Assembly: GCA_015233675.1 (NCBI GenBank)
Contig: JADFXH010000001.1
Coordinates: forward strand, 209,138-273,137
DNA from: Candidatus Omnitrophota bacterium
Lineage (GTDB): Bacteria > Omnitrophota > Gorgyraeia > Zapsychrales > Fredricksoniimonadaceae
Reading direction: 5' to 3'
DNA length: 64,000 nt
Shown: positions 48,441-58,744 of the stretch, piece by piece
Position numbering within the stretch: position 1 is the first letter of the stretch
How the letters are laid out: each line of letters opens with the position of its first letter
Notes under the pieces: generated by a model
Databases searched by the model: none
Told to the model about the DNA's origin: nothing
What the model saw: only the letters and a program-made list of their open reading frames with translations
Position numbers and translations under genes: made by a program

Positions 48441-48612
48441 ACGTTATTCTCTGATTTAACACTAGAATTATTTTACCACAACAAAAGAAACATCATAATA
48501 AACTATTTTTTGAAGGTTCAGCCCATAGCCCACCGGTATGAGAAAATCAAGTTCTTCTGAGAAAGATCACGCGTACGAAGGCGCAAATACCTCGCGACCC
48601 TTAATGAAATTC

Positions 48613-48699
48613 GTTAATTATTAAATAAAGAACTGCTGTTTCTGCTACCAAAATATATGCCAGCAAACTTGTTAAGATTTTAAAATACATTATCACTGC
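48613..48699 (-). CDS. 28-aa hydrophobic small protein
   Basis: MYFKILTSLLAYILVAETAVLYLIINEFH with a strong RBS AAAGGGGGG 7 nt upstream. Below the ORF-track length cutoff. Confidence 0.3.
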
Positions 48700-48737
48700 C
48701 CCCCTTTGAAATTCTTCTCTAAGAAATGGGCGCTTTA

Positions 48738-49145
48738 CTATAGTGACCGGGCATAATCAACCATTCCCTGAAAATCTACTACTATAGCATCCTCATTGCC
48801 TTCCACCCATGCATCATGGCCTGAAGGAAGCAGGGAAACATCCCCTGGGTTGCACCTCACGATTGTGCCGTCTTCCATTTTTACAATAATTGTTCCGGAA
48901 ATGTGATACTGAAAATGTGATGCCTCACAATTTTTCGTTTTAGCTATAGGCTGGACCGATGTAGACCACTTCCAACCCGGTTTAAAAATAGCTCGGCCAA
49001 CGGTTGCCCCGCCGATTTTAACAAGCTCAAGCCTGCCTTGAGGAAACAAGCGCACTTCATCAGGCTTATTAAAACTTTTCAATTCGGCCCTCTCCATAGT
49101 CCCTGCAGAATGATGTGTTTTTTTAAACATATTCACCCCCAACAA
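48738..49145 (-). CDS. cupin-domain protein
   Basis: 135 aa. Beta-barrel cupin motifs G(x)5HxH-like around HFQYHISG and PGDVSLLPSGHDAWVEG. Confidence 0.65.
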   Translation of the reverse strand: MLGVNMFKKTHHSAGTMERAELKSFNKPDEVRLFPQGRLELVKIGGATVGRAIFKPGWKWSTSVQPIAKTKNCEASHFQYHISGTIIVKMEDGTIVRCNPGDVSLLPSGHDAWVEGNEDAIVVDFQGMVDYARSL

Positions 49146-49151
49146 TTTAAA

Positions 49152-49628
49152 TCAACTTTTCTCTTCTGCCAATTTTGAATCAAACGAACAGCAGCCAGCC
49201 CCTGTGATCAACAAAAAAATCAAACCCAACAGCATACAAAAATCTACACGAGACTCATGGATTGTGCTCCAAAAACCCTTACTTGCAAACATCGGTATCT
49301 TTGTCGTGATAATTGCCACGGTAATATTGATAATCAGCGGAACCGTCGCCAATCTAGTCAATAATCCGACAACAATAAGCAAGCCAAAAACAATTTCAAC
49401 GACACCGACAAACGGGGCCATGACCTCCGGTGCAGGGATCCCTATCCGTATAAAACGCCCAACGCCAAGCGTGTCAGGATAAAGAAACTTTTGGATCCCC
49501 TCGGTAAAAAATACCAATCCCACAATAAGACGGATAAGGATTGTTGCCTCTGGCGCCGATGACTTTAATTTAAAAAACTCAGAAATTTTTGTCATTTTAT
49601 CCATTGTCACCTCTCTTATTAATGACAC
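49152..49628 (-). CDS. DoxX-family membrane protein
   Basis: Four TM segments and the DoxX signature LIRLIVGLVFFTEGIQKF. Confidence 0.7.
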   Translation of the reverse strand: MSLIREVTMDKMTKISEFFKLKSSAPEATILIRLIVGLVFFTEGIQKFLYPDTLGVGRFIRIGIPAPEVMAPFVGVVEIVFGLLIVVGLLTRLATVPLIINITVAIITTKIPMFASKGFWSTIHESRVDFCMLLGLIFLLITGAGCCSFDSKLAEEKS

Positions 49629-49814
49629 CTATCTATGCCTTTAATATTTTATCCTGTAAATACTTTAGGCATATAGCCAAAATCTCCTTTCTATTAACAT
49701 TTTTCCACTAAATTTAAATAATGCTGTTTCAAATGCAACATTAATCATACCAATGGGATATGATCAAAAGGCCGGACCTAAAACGGGTGGGGTTTTTGAA
49801 AAATGGAGGTGCCG

Positions 49815-50990
49815 TTATTTAAATTTTTCTTGAACGCAATAAGAAATAATTTTTTTTGAAAAATTTGTAATGATCTTCGTTTCAAACTTTAATTTCGTAT
49901 AATTTAAAATTATATCCCATGACCATCCTATCAACAAAGCGAAGAAGGGCATGACCCAAACGAATTGCCGCTGCAGAAACCAATACCCTTTTAGCACATC
50001 CGCTGTCAGCATGGCCTCAATGGGTATAACAATCAGGATTAGAAAAAACAGAAGATGGTCCTTTTTATTTTGATACGGGACTATGTAGGCGGCCAAGACA
50101 CCCCAAATTAAAAGGTTCACCTTAAATTTCTTGAATCCCATCAAGCAGCTCGCTACTGTTGATAGGAACCTGGCCGGATTGACTAAAGGATTGATGATAT
50201 AATCAAATGTCCCAATCCCCCTGGCCAAACATTGGGCACGCGTGAATTCCTGCCCACCACTCAAAAACCAAAAAAAACTCGTCGAAAGTAAAACAGCAAA
50301 GATGATAAAAAACGCCCCCTGTCCCTTCATGATCTCGTTAAGCCGTCTGCGGGGCCATTGCCTCAAAATAACAAAAAAAAGACAGCTTACGACCATCAAA
50401 AGCCCGTAAGCATGATAGATCGTCACAAAAAAGAAGAAAATGCCAATCCCTATCCTCTTGCTTTGTGACAAAAGCTGCGCATTGTCTTGCCCTGTCACCG
50501 GAAATAACATGTCCGCAAAATAAAAACAGGCCAGCGCGAGTGTTGGCAAGACCGCATAAGAACGAAACTCGAAAGCATGATAGACTAGCCACTGGTTAAA
50601 CGTCATAAAAATAAACGCTATCGCAAATGCGATCCAGGAAACTATGTATTTCTTACCAATCTTATAAAAAAGCCAGAAAGCCAACAATGTCGCAACATAA
50701 TGAGGAGAATTGATAAGCCACTTGTTTTGTGTGCCCAAAAAATGCACAAAAGGCCATTTCAACAGATAATCTCCCGGAAAAGGAACAGGCTCACCATTGC
50801 CCAGCCGTAGCCATACTGGCTTAAAGGCTCCCGTCGTCATACTCAACTGATAAATTTCATCACCCCAGAGGCTCCGCCCTGCCAAACGCTGAAGACGAAC
50901 ATAAAAACCGACCACAAAACAAATAACAGCTATCGCTTCAAAGCGGACCCTGTAAATCCACGAACAAAAATTTTTCATACTTCTCCTCAT
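49815..50990 (-). CDS. GT-C-fold membrane glycosyltransferase-like protein (ArnT/PMT-like)
   Basis: Multi-TM. Acidic motif SLWGDE in the first extracytoplasmic loop, as in GT39/GT83 enzymes. Confidence 0.5.
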   Translation of the reverse strand: MRRSMKNFCSWIYRVRFEAIAVICFVVGFYVRLQRLAGRSLWGDEIYQLSMTTGAFKPVWLRLGNGEPVPFPGDYLLKWPFVHFLGTQNKWLINSPHYVATLLAFWLFYKIGKKYIVSWIAFAIAFIFMTFNQWLVYHAFEFRSYAVLPTLALACFYFADMLFPVTGQDNAQLLSQSKRIGIGIFFFFVTIYHAYGLLMVVSCLFFVILRQWPRRRLNEIMKGQGAFFIIFAVLLSTSFFWFLSGGQEFTRAQCLARGIGTFDYIINPLVNPARFLSTVASCLMGFKKFKVNLLIWGVLAAYIVPYQNKKDHLLFFLILIVIPIEAMLTADVLKGYWFLQRQFVWVMPFFALLIGWSWDIILNYTKLKFETKIITNFSKKIISYCVQEKFK

Positions 50991-51044
50991 CCGGCATCAA
51001 GTCACCAAGAATTTACCCTTGGCATGCGCAACAATAGGGCTTCA

Positions 51045-52538
51045 TTATTTCTTTATTTTCTGCGCATCAAAAAATTTCAAAATTGTAAATGGTAATATAT
51101 AAATTAAAATAGTTCGAATAAAAGTCGTGCTCTCAAGCAATAAACCATTAAATAACACGTTAACATGGGAAAGAAGAAACAAGGCATAATCATAAAGATA
51201 GTGAAAATACGCAATCCCACCTATTGATATACCCTGAAAAAAATGATTTGAATTTAATATTGTTTGCCATAGCAATACCTGATAGTGGACAATACCCCAA
51301 TCCTCTCTACCAAAAAAAACAGGAATTACGCTCATGTGCCATCTTTCATTATAAATAAAACACAGCATGGACATGGCCGGCATGATGGACAACAGGACCG
51401 CCCCCCATTTCCAAAATGGCCCTATTTTCCCATTCGTCCATTTTAAAAAGAACGCTAAGGGAATAACCAATAAAGGAAATGCTGCTGCAATCAAATAACG
51501 ATAACCATACCATCCTCCCTGCGAACCAAAAGATACAATTGTATAAAAATTAACCAAAAGCGGTAAAGTTGCCAAAACATAACGTTTTGCCCAGGGAATT
51601 CTAATGAAAAAAAATCCCACAACTCCCAATAATAAAAACGGCGCTGTAAAAATTAACCCCCAATCAAGTCCTGTAAACACATATCCAATACGCATGAGAA
51701 TATTCTGCCAAGCTGTCTGCATCGTGATATTATTTAACCAATCAGGGTAGGGATTATAGTGATTATAGGTTTCCGGCCAAATTTTAAACACAAGAATCAT
51801 GCTAATAAACGCAGCAGCAATATAAAAAAACTGAAGGGAAACATTATTTAATGATTTATTTACGGGATTTCTCCCAATAAAAAATAAAGGCCAAACAATA
51901 GCAAGAAGCACATCGTTGTTTCTCGTTAAGAAGACTAAACTAGCAGCGATGCCTAGTAAAACGTATGCCCACCACTGCTTGATAATTCTTCCGCCAGACA
52001 GCTCATTGATCACAAAAAGATAGACAAACAGGCTTTGCATGAAAAACTCTGCTGTATGGCTGAATATTGGCCTATTAAAAGCAAAAAGCGGCATGCCTTG
52101 ACAAAGCACCATCAAAGCAACTGCCCAAGCAGCAAAAGAGCCGCCTACCATCGCCTCCGCCGCTAAATACAATAAATAGCAACCCAAGCATAAATAAAAA
52201 ACACTGGAAAATATAAACCCATACACAGCCCAGCTACTTGGGACATTGCCTCTAGTACGTTTCTCAAGAATTTTTGAGCCTTCCATACGGTCGATTAAGG
52301 AAAATGCGAACACAAACACAGCCGCGAGAATTCCCGAGCCTATAGAACCTTTAGGCCCTTCCTTCAAGGTCGTTAAATATTCGTTCTTATATGAAGGGAA
52401 TTGTCCAAATGCCAAGGATGATGATTGGGCAAAATAGTCGACGTCATCGTTAGGATACATTAAGCCGTATTTTCCCATACTTAGCGGCTGTAATAAAAAG
52501 AAAGCCGCCAAGAAAATAACAAATGCGATTTTGCTCAT
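51045..52538 (-). CDS. GT-C-fold membrane glycosyltransferase-like protein
   Basis: More than 11 TM helices. YPNDDVDYF acidic motif in the first loop. Confidence 0.45.
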   Translation of the reverse strand: MSKIAFVIFLAAFFLLQPLSMGKYGLMYPNDDVDYFAQSSSLAFGQFPSYKNEYLTTLKEGPKGSIGSGILAAVFVFAFSLIDRMEGSKILEKRTRGNVPSSWAVYGFIFSSVFYLCLGCYLLYLAAEAMVGGSFAAWAVALMVLCQGMPLFAFNRPIFSHTAEFFMQSLFVYLFVINELSGGRIIKQWWAYVLLGIAASLVFLTRNNDVLLAIVWPLFFIGRNPVNKSLNNVSLQFFYIAAAFISMILVFKIWPETYNHYNPYPDWLNNITMQTAWQNILMRIGYVFTGLDWGLIFTAPFLLLGVVGFFFIRIPWAKRYVLATLPLLVNFYTIVSFGSQGGWYGYRYLIAAAFPLLVIPLAFFLKWTNGKIGPFWKWGAVLLSIMPAMSMLCFIYNERWHMSVIPVFFGREDWGIVHYQVLLWQTILNSNHFFQGISIGGIAYFHYLYDYALFLLSHVNVLFNGLLLESTTFIRTILIYILPFTILKFFDAQKIKK

Positions 52539-52777
52539 AGCCCAAATTTTCTATCTAACTTAATCCATACTTTTATAAAAATAATTATACACCACACCTT
52601 TTTGCGTGGTGAAACTTTGATAAAAAAGACCGGTGACCCGCAACCAGTTGATAAAACCATTCTGCTGCACTTGCAAAAACCGGCAGATGTTCATAATACC
52701 GTAAAAGCCACCGGCGTCTTCCGGTATAATCAAAGGCCTTAAAAACGGCCTTTGCCCCGGAAAAAATTACAATATAA

Positions 52778-54235
52778 TTAAAAACCAACCTGTATACGGC
52801 TCGTGATAACGTTCTCCGGCTTGCGATTGCCATTATTTATTGCCGGCAAAGAACCTCGGTGGAATTTGGTTTGTTCGAAATCAAAAACTAATTTAACGTT
52901 AGGATTCAAATACCAGTTAAGCCCCGCGCCCCAAGCGTGTTCTCTTGATATATACGTATTTGGATCTGCGAAACTGTCAGTAAAAATTTTAGGGTCAAGA
53001 TTCAGCTCTCCATAACGCGCGGCCAATTCAAACGCGCCAAGCCCCCCCTTTGAAAAATCAAAGTTGTGATTAGGCGTTACGCCATTATAAGTGGCGTCTT
53101 CACCTGTTAATACATAGGTCGTTGACAATTGCCAGGCTTTGTTATCAAATCTTTGTTTAACCAGAGTACTGCCGCTACCCTTGGCATAATCCTGATAAGA
53201 GTCCACATACTCACCTAAAATTCCAAAAGATTTATAATAGTAGGTAAATTGCGGCGACCTGCGCAGGCGAGGGCCGTTGGGGGATATCCCCGAATAATAA
53301 GAAAAGACCGTGACCTGCCCCGGAGAACTATAAAGAGGGTTATTACTATTATAAGGAGCTGTTGTGCTGACAGTGCCTTCATCCTCATGCCCATAAGCCG
53401 CAGCGAACCCTAAACTAAGGCCCTTAGCGACCTTCAAATCCGTATTCTTAAACGGACTGATCCAGACACGGCCTACTACGTCTTTATCATTATTAGTATC
53501 CGCATTCTCAGTATTGTAAGTTTCATGGTCTACTTCCCCGTTAAAAATACCCACCGCATATTTGAAAGCATCATTAAGGACTCCCCCGGAAACCTGCACG
53601 CCGATATCGCGCTGAGGATAAAGATTTGCAGGCAGTCCTAATTCGGCAAAGTTGTAGTACATAGAACTCTGAAGATTTTCAACACTAAACGGCTCAACGA
53701 ACTTACCTCCCCTGATCTGGAACCAAGGATACTTTGTATAATCCCCATAAGCATAAGTAAGGACTGTGCCGGAAGTTGCTGAAAAATCAGGAACAAGGGT
53801 AAAATTAAAATCATTGGCTACAGTTCCTGTAACATACAGACGGGCGCGGCGGATCAAAAATGTAGATGTGCCAAAAGCGCTGTCTTTTTTATTATCTGTA
53901 AAGACCCTGCCATCTGATTGTAAAAATCCGCTCAGTTTTAATTTATAAGCGTTGTCAGGAGATTTTATGCTGAAGCCATCTTTAAAGTTAGCCGTAATAA
54001 CAGGAGCCGGTGTTGCGGCTTTTACTGGCTCAGCAGCCACCGCTGGAACAGCGGCTTGTGATGCCTTCATCGCCTCAATCTCCGTCTTAAGAGACGCGTT
54101 CTGCTTCTCTACGGCCTCGACACGCTTGAGCAGATCATCGAGCGTGACCGATTGCGCCAACACCGGGAAAGAATAACCTGCAAAAAACACACATCCTAAA
54201 AGCAATACCCCTACCCTTTTTAACTGTTTACTCAT
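52778..54235 (-). CDS. phosphate-selective porin O/P (OprO/OprP) family outer membrane protein
   Basis: Signal peptide, an N-terminal coiled coil (LDDLLKRVEAVEKQNASLKTEIEAMKA) and a beta-barrel body. Start set to MSKQLKRV, which has a GGAGA RBS. Confidence 0.7.
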   Translation of the reverse strand: MSKQLKRVGVLLLGCVFFAGYSFPVLAQSVTLDDLLKRVEAVEKQNASLKTEIEAMKASQAAVPAVAAEPVKAATPAPVITANFKDGFSIKSPDNAYKLKLSGFLQSDGRVFTDNKKDSAFGTSTFLIRRARLYVTGTVANDFNFTLVPDFSATSGTVLTYAYGDYTKYPWFQIRGGKFVEPFSVENLQSSMYYNFAELGLPANLYPQRDIGVQVSGGVLNDAFKYAVGIFNGEVDHETYNTENADTNNDKDVVGRVWISPFKNTDLKVAKGLSLGFAAAYGHEDEGTVSTTAPYNSNNPLYSSPGQVTVFSYYSGISPNGPRLRRSPQFTYYYKSFGILGEYVDSYQDYAKGSGSTLVKQRFDNKAWQLSTTYVLTGEDATYNGVTPNHNFDFSKGGLGAFELAARYGELNLDPKIFTDSFADPNTYISREHAWGAGLNWYLNPNVKLVFDFEQTKFHRGSLPAINNGNRKPENVITSRIQVGF

Positions 54236-54553
54236 CTCATCTCCTGTCTTTTGGATTGTCCTAACGCTATATAATAAACCTCCGTTAATCGTTTTACACA
54301 TAAAAAAACAAAAATTAATAGTGAGACTAAGCCCGTTTCGGCCCAAAACTGTAAAGCGCATAACAGGCGCCTCGCAGGTTATGATGGGGGTATTTTTAAT
54401 TTTCCTCGAAAAATGGCATAGGTAATTGCAAAGCGATAAACGACTTAATGTCTTATAATTCTGGCAGGCGTGATCTATTGGAGTGCTTTTCTAATAAGGA
54501 TACAGAGGAACTTGCCCCTCCAAAGGTTGGGCATGGGAGGGGCTTCTTTTGCA

Positions 54554-55048
54554 TCAATTCCCGGAAAATTCTATAGGCTGGGCACAGGCACTGCCGCCTG
54601 CGTTGTAATTATAAACCATCCGACCGCCGTCATCCGCACCTTTGGCCATTATTGCTATCAAAACAAGACATAATCCCACGAACACTACGCGTCCTTTCCG
54701 GGGAAACCCTCCGTCAATTGCCGCCCATGCCGCCAACAAAATACTCATCACCAAGGCGGCAAGCATCCAGTGCTTATGAGGAATCAGTAAACTCGACCTG
54801 ACGGATTGGGCAACCATGACCCCCTCTGCCGCATAAAGGCCGCTCCATACTGCTACAGCAGCTGTCAAGGCTCCCCCAAGCAATAGGCAAAAAGCCGCCT
54901 TGGCCCATGTGTCCCTGCGCAATTGATAGGCCAAGGCATAAAGAAATGCAGAACTGATCAAAAAAACAATCGGAAAGTGCACAACCAACGGATGCAGGTT
55001 TTGCAAATGCTGCACACCGGGAAATAGTAACTGCAAGAAATGAATCAT
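54554..55048 (-). CDS. DUF2231-family membrane protein
   Basis: Signature HPLVVHFPI followed by four TM segments. Confidence 0.6.
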   Translation of the reverse strand: MIHFLQLLFPGVQHLQNLHPLVVHFPIVFLISSAFLYALAYQLRRDTWAKAAFCLLLGGALTAAVAVWSGLYAAEGVMVAQSVRSSLLIPHKHWMLAALVMSILLAAWAAIDGGFPRKGRVVFVGLCLVLIAIMAKGADDGGRMVYNYNAGGSACAQPIEFSGN

Positions 55049-55410
55049 CCGACTGATTCCACCGTCAAGAACTGGCTGCCGCCCTTGGCATAGGCATGCC
55101 CTGTGACGGTTGCAGTCCTGCCCATTTTGTCAACGACGGCATCCGGTAAAGCTGTATTTTCCTTAACAGGCAAAAGTACATATATCTTGCCGGTCCCATT
55201 TTCCATAATGCCCACCGGAATGCCCTTCTTGGCGCAATCGAGCCCGCATTGACGATGCCCTTCTCCATGAGCGCCCATTGACAAGTAACAAAACGTATCG
55301 ATCACCTCACCCGTGACCTTAATGCTGGCATCATCAGCGAATACAACAACATTCATCCCCATTAAAAATAAAGCAATCATTGCCATCTCCATTAAAAAAT
55401 ATTTTTTCAT
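55045..55410 (-). CDS. small secreted protein with a Cys/His-rich motif
   Basis: Signal peptide. Motif CYLSMGAHGEGHRQCGLDC. Confidence 0.5.
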   Translation of the reverse strand: MKKYFLMEMAMIALFLMGMNVVVFADDASIKVTGEVIDTFCYLSMGAHGEGHRQCGLDCAKKGIPVGIMENGTGKIYVLLPVKENTALPDAVVDKMGRTATVTGHAYAKGGSQFLTVESVG

Positions 55411-55484
55411 AATTTTCCCTTTCTTTATGTGTTTTTGATAGAACTTTTAACAGACAAAACTATAACTGATCCCTAATCCGTAAT

Positions 55485-55631
55485 TTACCAATTGCTGCCA
55501 GGACTTGAAGCTGAATTAACAGAATTGGTCTCTGTATTAGTAGATACGGATGGGGCATCCTGACTAAAACTAAGGTTAGCAACTAAAATAAGCGCCCCGA
55601 ATAATCCTAAACTGATCATTGATTTTTTCAT
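55485..55631 (-). CDS. 48-aa secreted peptide
   Basis: MKKSMISLGLFGALILVANLSFSQDAPSVSTNTETNSVNSASSPGSNW. RBS AAAAGGAG 7 nt upstream. Below the ORF-track cutoff. Confidence 0.4.
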   Translation of the reverse strand: MKKSMISLGLFGALILVANLSFSQDAPSVSTNTETNSVNSASSPGSNW

Positions 55632-55999
55632 GGCAAAACTCCTTTTCTGGTTGTCTTTCACACATTACATCTTAAGTAAATGTCATTCCGGGCCGGCCAC
55701 TTGCAAATATAAGTTCCTTATCCAAATGAACGAGCATGGACTCTTTAAATATTTTAAATCGCATTGACATTGCGCTATTGGCTCGATCTTTGCGCTATCA
55801 GTTTTTAATTTCAAACTCATTTGTTAAGGCATTTTCAAAGATAAGCCCCTCTAAAAAAATATCATTTTATTTTTTTATATTTTATAGGACTTCAAAGAAT
55901 TTTAAATGCCCTCTTTCTACATTTATCTGACTTTTATCCACTAAGTGGAATAAATTTTACTGGAGGTTATGATGGGTTTATCCCTGATTTAATTGGGGG

Positions 56000-56605
56000 A
56001 ATTTATAGCTTACAGGGGCATCTTGCACAATTGGTGGCCTCCAGTATCATATTCGGAATTGGACAGCTGATCATTATTTTTTCCTTTATTGCGTGGGTGG
56101 TTTCAAAATCATTGCGTATCGCATTTGCCATTACGTTGAGCATTTGCGTCATTCCTGTGATTGTGTTGGGGACGATCGGAGGCTGCGAGTTCCTCTCGAC
56201 ATTATTTCCGCTCCGGCATGCAATATAGCCCTTGGATTAGGCATTGACTCCATGATTCACATGGTCAGGGCATTCAGACGGCAGGAATACAAAAACATTA
56301 AAGATACTGAAGCTTGGTCTAAAATCAGGCACCGTTTTTGGCAACCTGTGCTGACTTTCACTTTGGTGATGGTTTTGGGTTTTGGCATTTTTACATTTTC
56401 TGAATTTCCTTCGACCCAGCGGTTTGGAGCAGCTGTAGTATTCGGATCACTAATTGCCGCGATGACCGCTTTATTCGTCATGCCCACAGCATCCCAGCTG
56501 GGCGTTATTCCCCTTAAATTAAACCTTTTACAAAGAATTTCAGCGTATTTTAAGAAGCCTTCACCGTTTAGGAAGCAAAATTCTAAATATGCTTTTCGCC
56601 CTTAA
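56000..56605 (+). pseudogene. frameshifted C-terminal remnant of an RND/MMPL-superfamily transporter
   Basis: Two frames carry RND-like TM segments: IAFAITLSICVIPVIVLGTIGG and NIALGLGIDSMIHMVRAFRR...TFTLVMVLGFGIFTFSE...VFGSLIAAMTALFVMP. There is no upstream N-terminal 800 aa. Confidence 0.55.
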
Positions 56606-58049
56606 CCGCCCCAGCCTCCCACTTTCCTATGCCCGCCATGACGTCTTTAAAGCACAATTTGCCCAACTCATCAAAATTACTCCCTAAAATGCGCTGGATT
56701 CTTCCCGGTTTAGAATAAAATTCACGCATTCCCCAAGCCCCCAACCTGCCTAAATCCTCAATAGTTAAATGGTCGGTTGGCACAACCGGATGAAGGAAAT
56801 CCCACTGGAGCATATCGAGCTTGTCGGGATTGATCCATCCGCGTTTTATCCCATCTGTCCAAATTGGCGATCCGGGAGGCGGCGTAAGATAACCCACCCA
56901 CATAACATCCGGGTCAACTTGATCAGCGAACTCAAAACGCTTTTTTATTATGGCTTCATTGTCATAATCAAAACCGATCATAATATCCCCCACAATGGCA
57001 ATATCACTGGTCCTTAGTATCTCAATGGTCTTGTAAATCTGATCGACCGTGATCCCTTTTTCCAATTTACGCAACTCGTCATCGCTGGCCACTTCAATTC
57101 CAAAGACAGCCATGAACAACCCTGCTTTTTTCATTAAAGGAATATCCTTCTCTAATTTTATCCAATCGCTGGCACACCCCAAGCATACCCACTTCATTTT
57201 AAGGTTGCGCTTTATCTTTTCTTCACAAAATTCTCTGACCCGTTTGGGATTCAAAAGGAAATTGTCCTCCTGGATAACAACCACTTTCACACCAAACTTC
57301 TTTTCTAATAATTCCACTTCGTCGATAACCTTTGCGGCTGATTTTGCCCGCCAACGATTAAAATGGTTAAGTGACCTGGGATCATGCTCGCTCCACTCAT
57401 AACAAAATGTGCAGCCGTGGGTGCAGCCACGAGAAGTAACGATCTCCGCAAACGGCTTCCAATAGGTATGTCCCACATACTTATCCATAGGGAAAAGATC
57501 ATATGCGGGGATGGGAAGAATATCCAAGTCCCTGATTAGCAAACGCACAGGCCCAAAAAGAACTTTACCGTTCTTACGGGATGAAAGCCCCGGAATTTCG
57601 CTAAAATCTGTTTCTCCTTTGTTTAACGCATCCATCAGATCATTGAACGTAAGCTCCCCTTCTCCCATAACAACGAAATCAATATCTGAATTTTTTTCAA
57701 GCGTTTCCTTGCCGAAAAAGGAATACCACAACCCACCGACAACAATTTTAGTTTCTGGAAGAATCTTTCTTATCGCACAAGCCGTGTCATTAAAATACTT
57801 CTGTACCGCAAATCCGCCATAGGAATGTAAAATGTCTCCTAAAACAAGCACCTCAGGGTTCTTCGCCTTGACTTGATCGAGCATAGCATCAAATGAAATC
57901 TCAAGGGCCTTACAATCTAAAACTTCCGGCTGTATTGTCCCCATTTGACGGGCATACGCCGCCCATTGTGCGTGCATTTGATTTGGCGCAACGTGATGGC
58001 CATGTGTTGCCCATGAACCCAACTTCGGTGTTAAAAAAAGAACTCTCAT
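56583..58049 (-). CDS. B12-binding-domain radical SAM protein (class B)
   Basis: N-terminal cobalamin-binding domain and the radical SAM cluster motif SRGCTHGCTFC. Start set to MRVLFLTP, abutting the tetR stop codon. Confidence 0.8.
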   Translation of the reverse strand: MRVLFLTPKLGSWATHGHHVAPNQMHAQWAAYARQMGTIQPEVLDCKALEISFDAMLDQVKAKNPEVLVLGDILHSYGGFAVQKYFNDTACAIRKILPETKIVVGGLWYSFFGKETLEKNSDIDFVVMGEGELTFNDLMDALNKGETDFSEIPGLSSRKNGKVLFGPVRLLIRDLDILPIPAYDLFPMDKYVGHTYWKPFAEIVTSRGCTHGCTFCYEWSEHDPRSLNHFNRWRAKSAAKVIDEVELLEKKFGVKVVVIQEDNFLLNPKRVREFCEEKIKRNLKMKWVCLGCASDWIKLEKDIPLMKKAGLFMAVFGIEVASDDELRKLEKGITVDQIYKTIEILRTSDIAIVGDIMIGFDYDNEAIIKKRFEFADQVDPDVMWVGYLTPPPGSPIWTDGIKRGWINPDKLDMLQWDFLHPVVPTDHLTIEDLGRLGAWGMREFYSKPGRIQRILGSNFDELGKLCFKDVMAGIGKWEAGAVKGEKHI

Positions 58050-58627
58050 TTTTTTCCCTCTTTCACAATACCTTTTGACCAAATATCCATAACTGTTTCC
58101 AACGCCTGCTGAAACGTTATCCCTTCCTGTTGTAAAATTTCCGGATTGATAATGTTATTCACCGCACCTAAATATGCACGGACAGCTAAAGTCGGATTAA
58201 CCTGACGAAATTTTCCTTTTTTAATACCTACGTCAACGAGTTTTTCAAGCTCCATGACCTTTTCAGTACGAAAATCAACAAACTCCTGCCATAATTCCGG
58301 CAACTCAAGCTGAATATCTTTTAAGAAAAACTCAAACCACGGGGCTAATTCCTGCTGTAAAAATAGAATATTTAATGAAATGATTTTTAAGGGGTCTTTC
58401 TCTTTATTTTCGATCTCACCCTGATGATCGTTGATCCTATTTTTTATCCTTGCAACTAACGCTTTAGCAATAGCTATTTTACCGGGAAAATGCAGATAGA
58501 TTGTATTTTTGCTCATCCGGAGATCAGCTGCAATCTCATCCATTGTGACCTTATGGTATCCAAACCGGACCATACGGGCCTTTGCGGCTGTTAAAATCTT
58601 ATCAACTATAGGATTAGACGATTTCAT
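58046..58627 (-). CDS. TetR/AcrR-family transcriptional regulator
   Basis: N-terminal HTH VTMDEIAADLRMSKNTIYLHFPGK. Confidence 0.8.
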   Translation of the reverse strand: MKSSNPIVDKILTAAKARMVRFGYHKVTMDEIAADLRMSKNTIYLHFPGKIAIAKALVARIKNRINDHQGEIENKEKDPLKIISLNILFLQQELAPWFEFFLKDIQLELPELWQEFVDFRTEKVMELEKLVDVGIKKGKFRQVNPTLAVRAYLGAVNNIINPEILQQEGITFQQALETVMDIWSKGIVKEGKK

Positions 58628-58744
58628 TGGAATTCCTTATAATACTAATATAGTATTTTTGGTATTATAACTAAAAAATATACCATGTCAATACCTCCCG
58701 CCCGTCAGGGCCTTTTTAAACCAAGAACCACACAGCAAAAACTC

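Noticed and set aside
54236-54361. 42-aa N-terminal extension of the porin ORF
   Set aside because: It does not resemble a signal peptide. The internal start MSKQLKRV has a GGAGA RBS and gives a canonical signal peptide.
54480-54553. cccctcc...ggagggg hairpin as a terminator
   Set aside because: The U-rich tail is only on the plus strand, where no gene ends. On the minus strand no U-tract follows. Weak.
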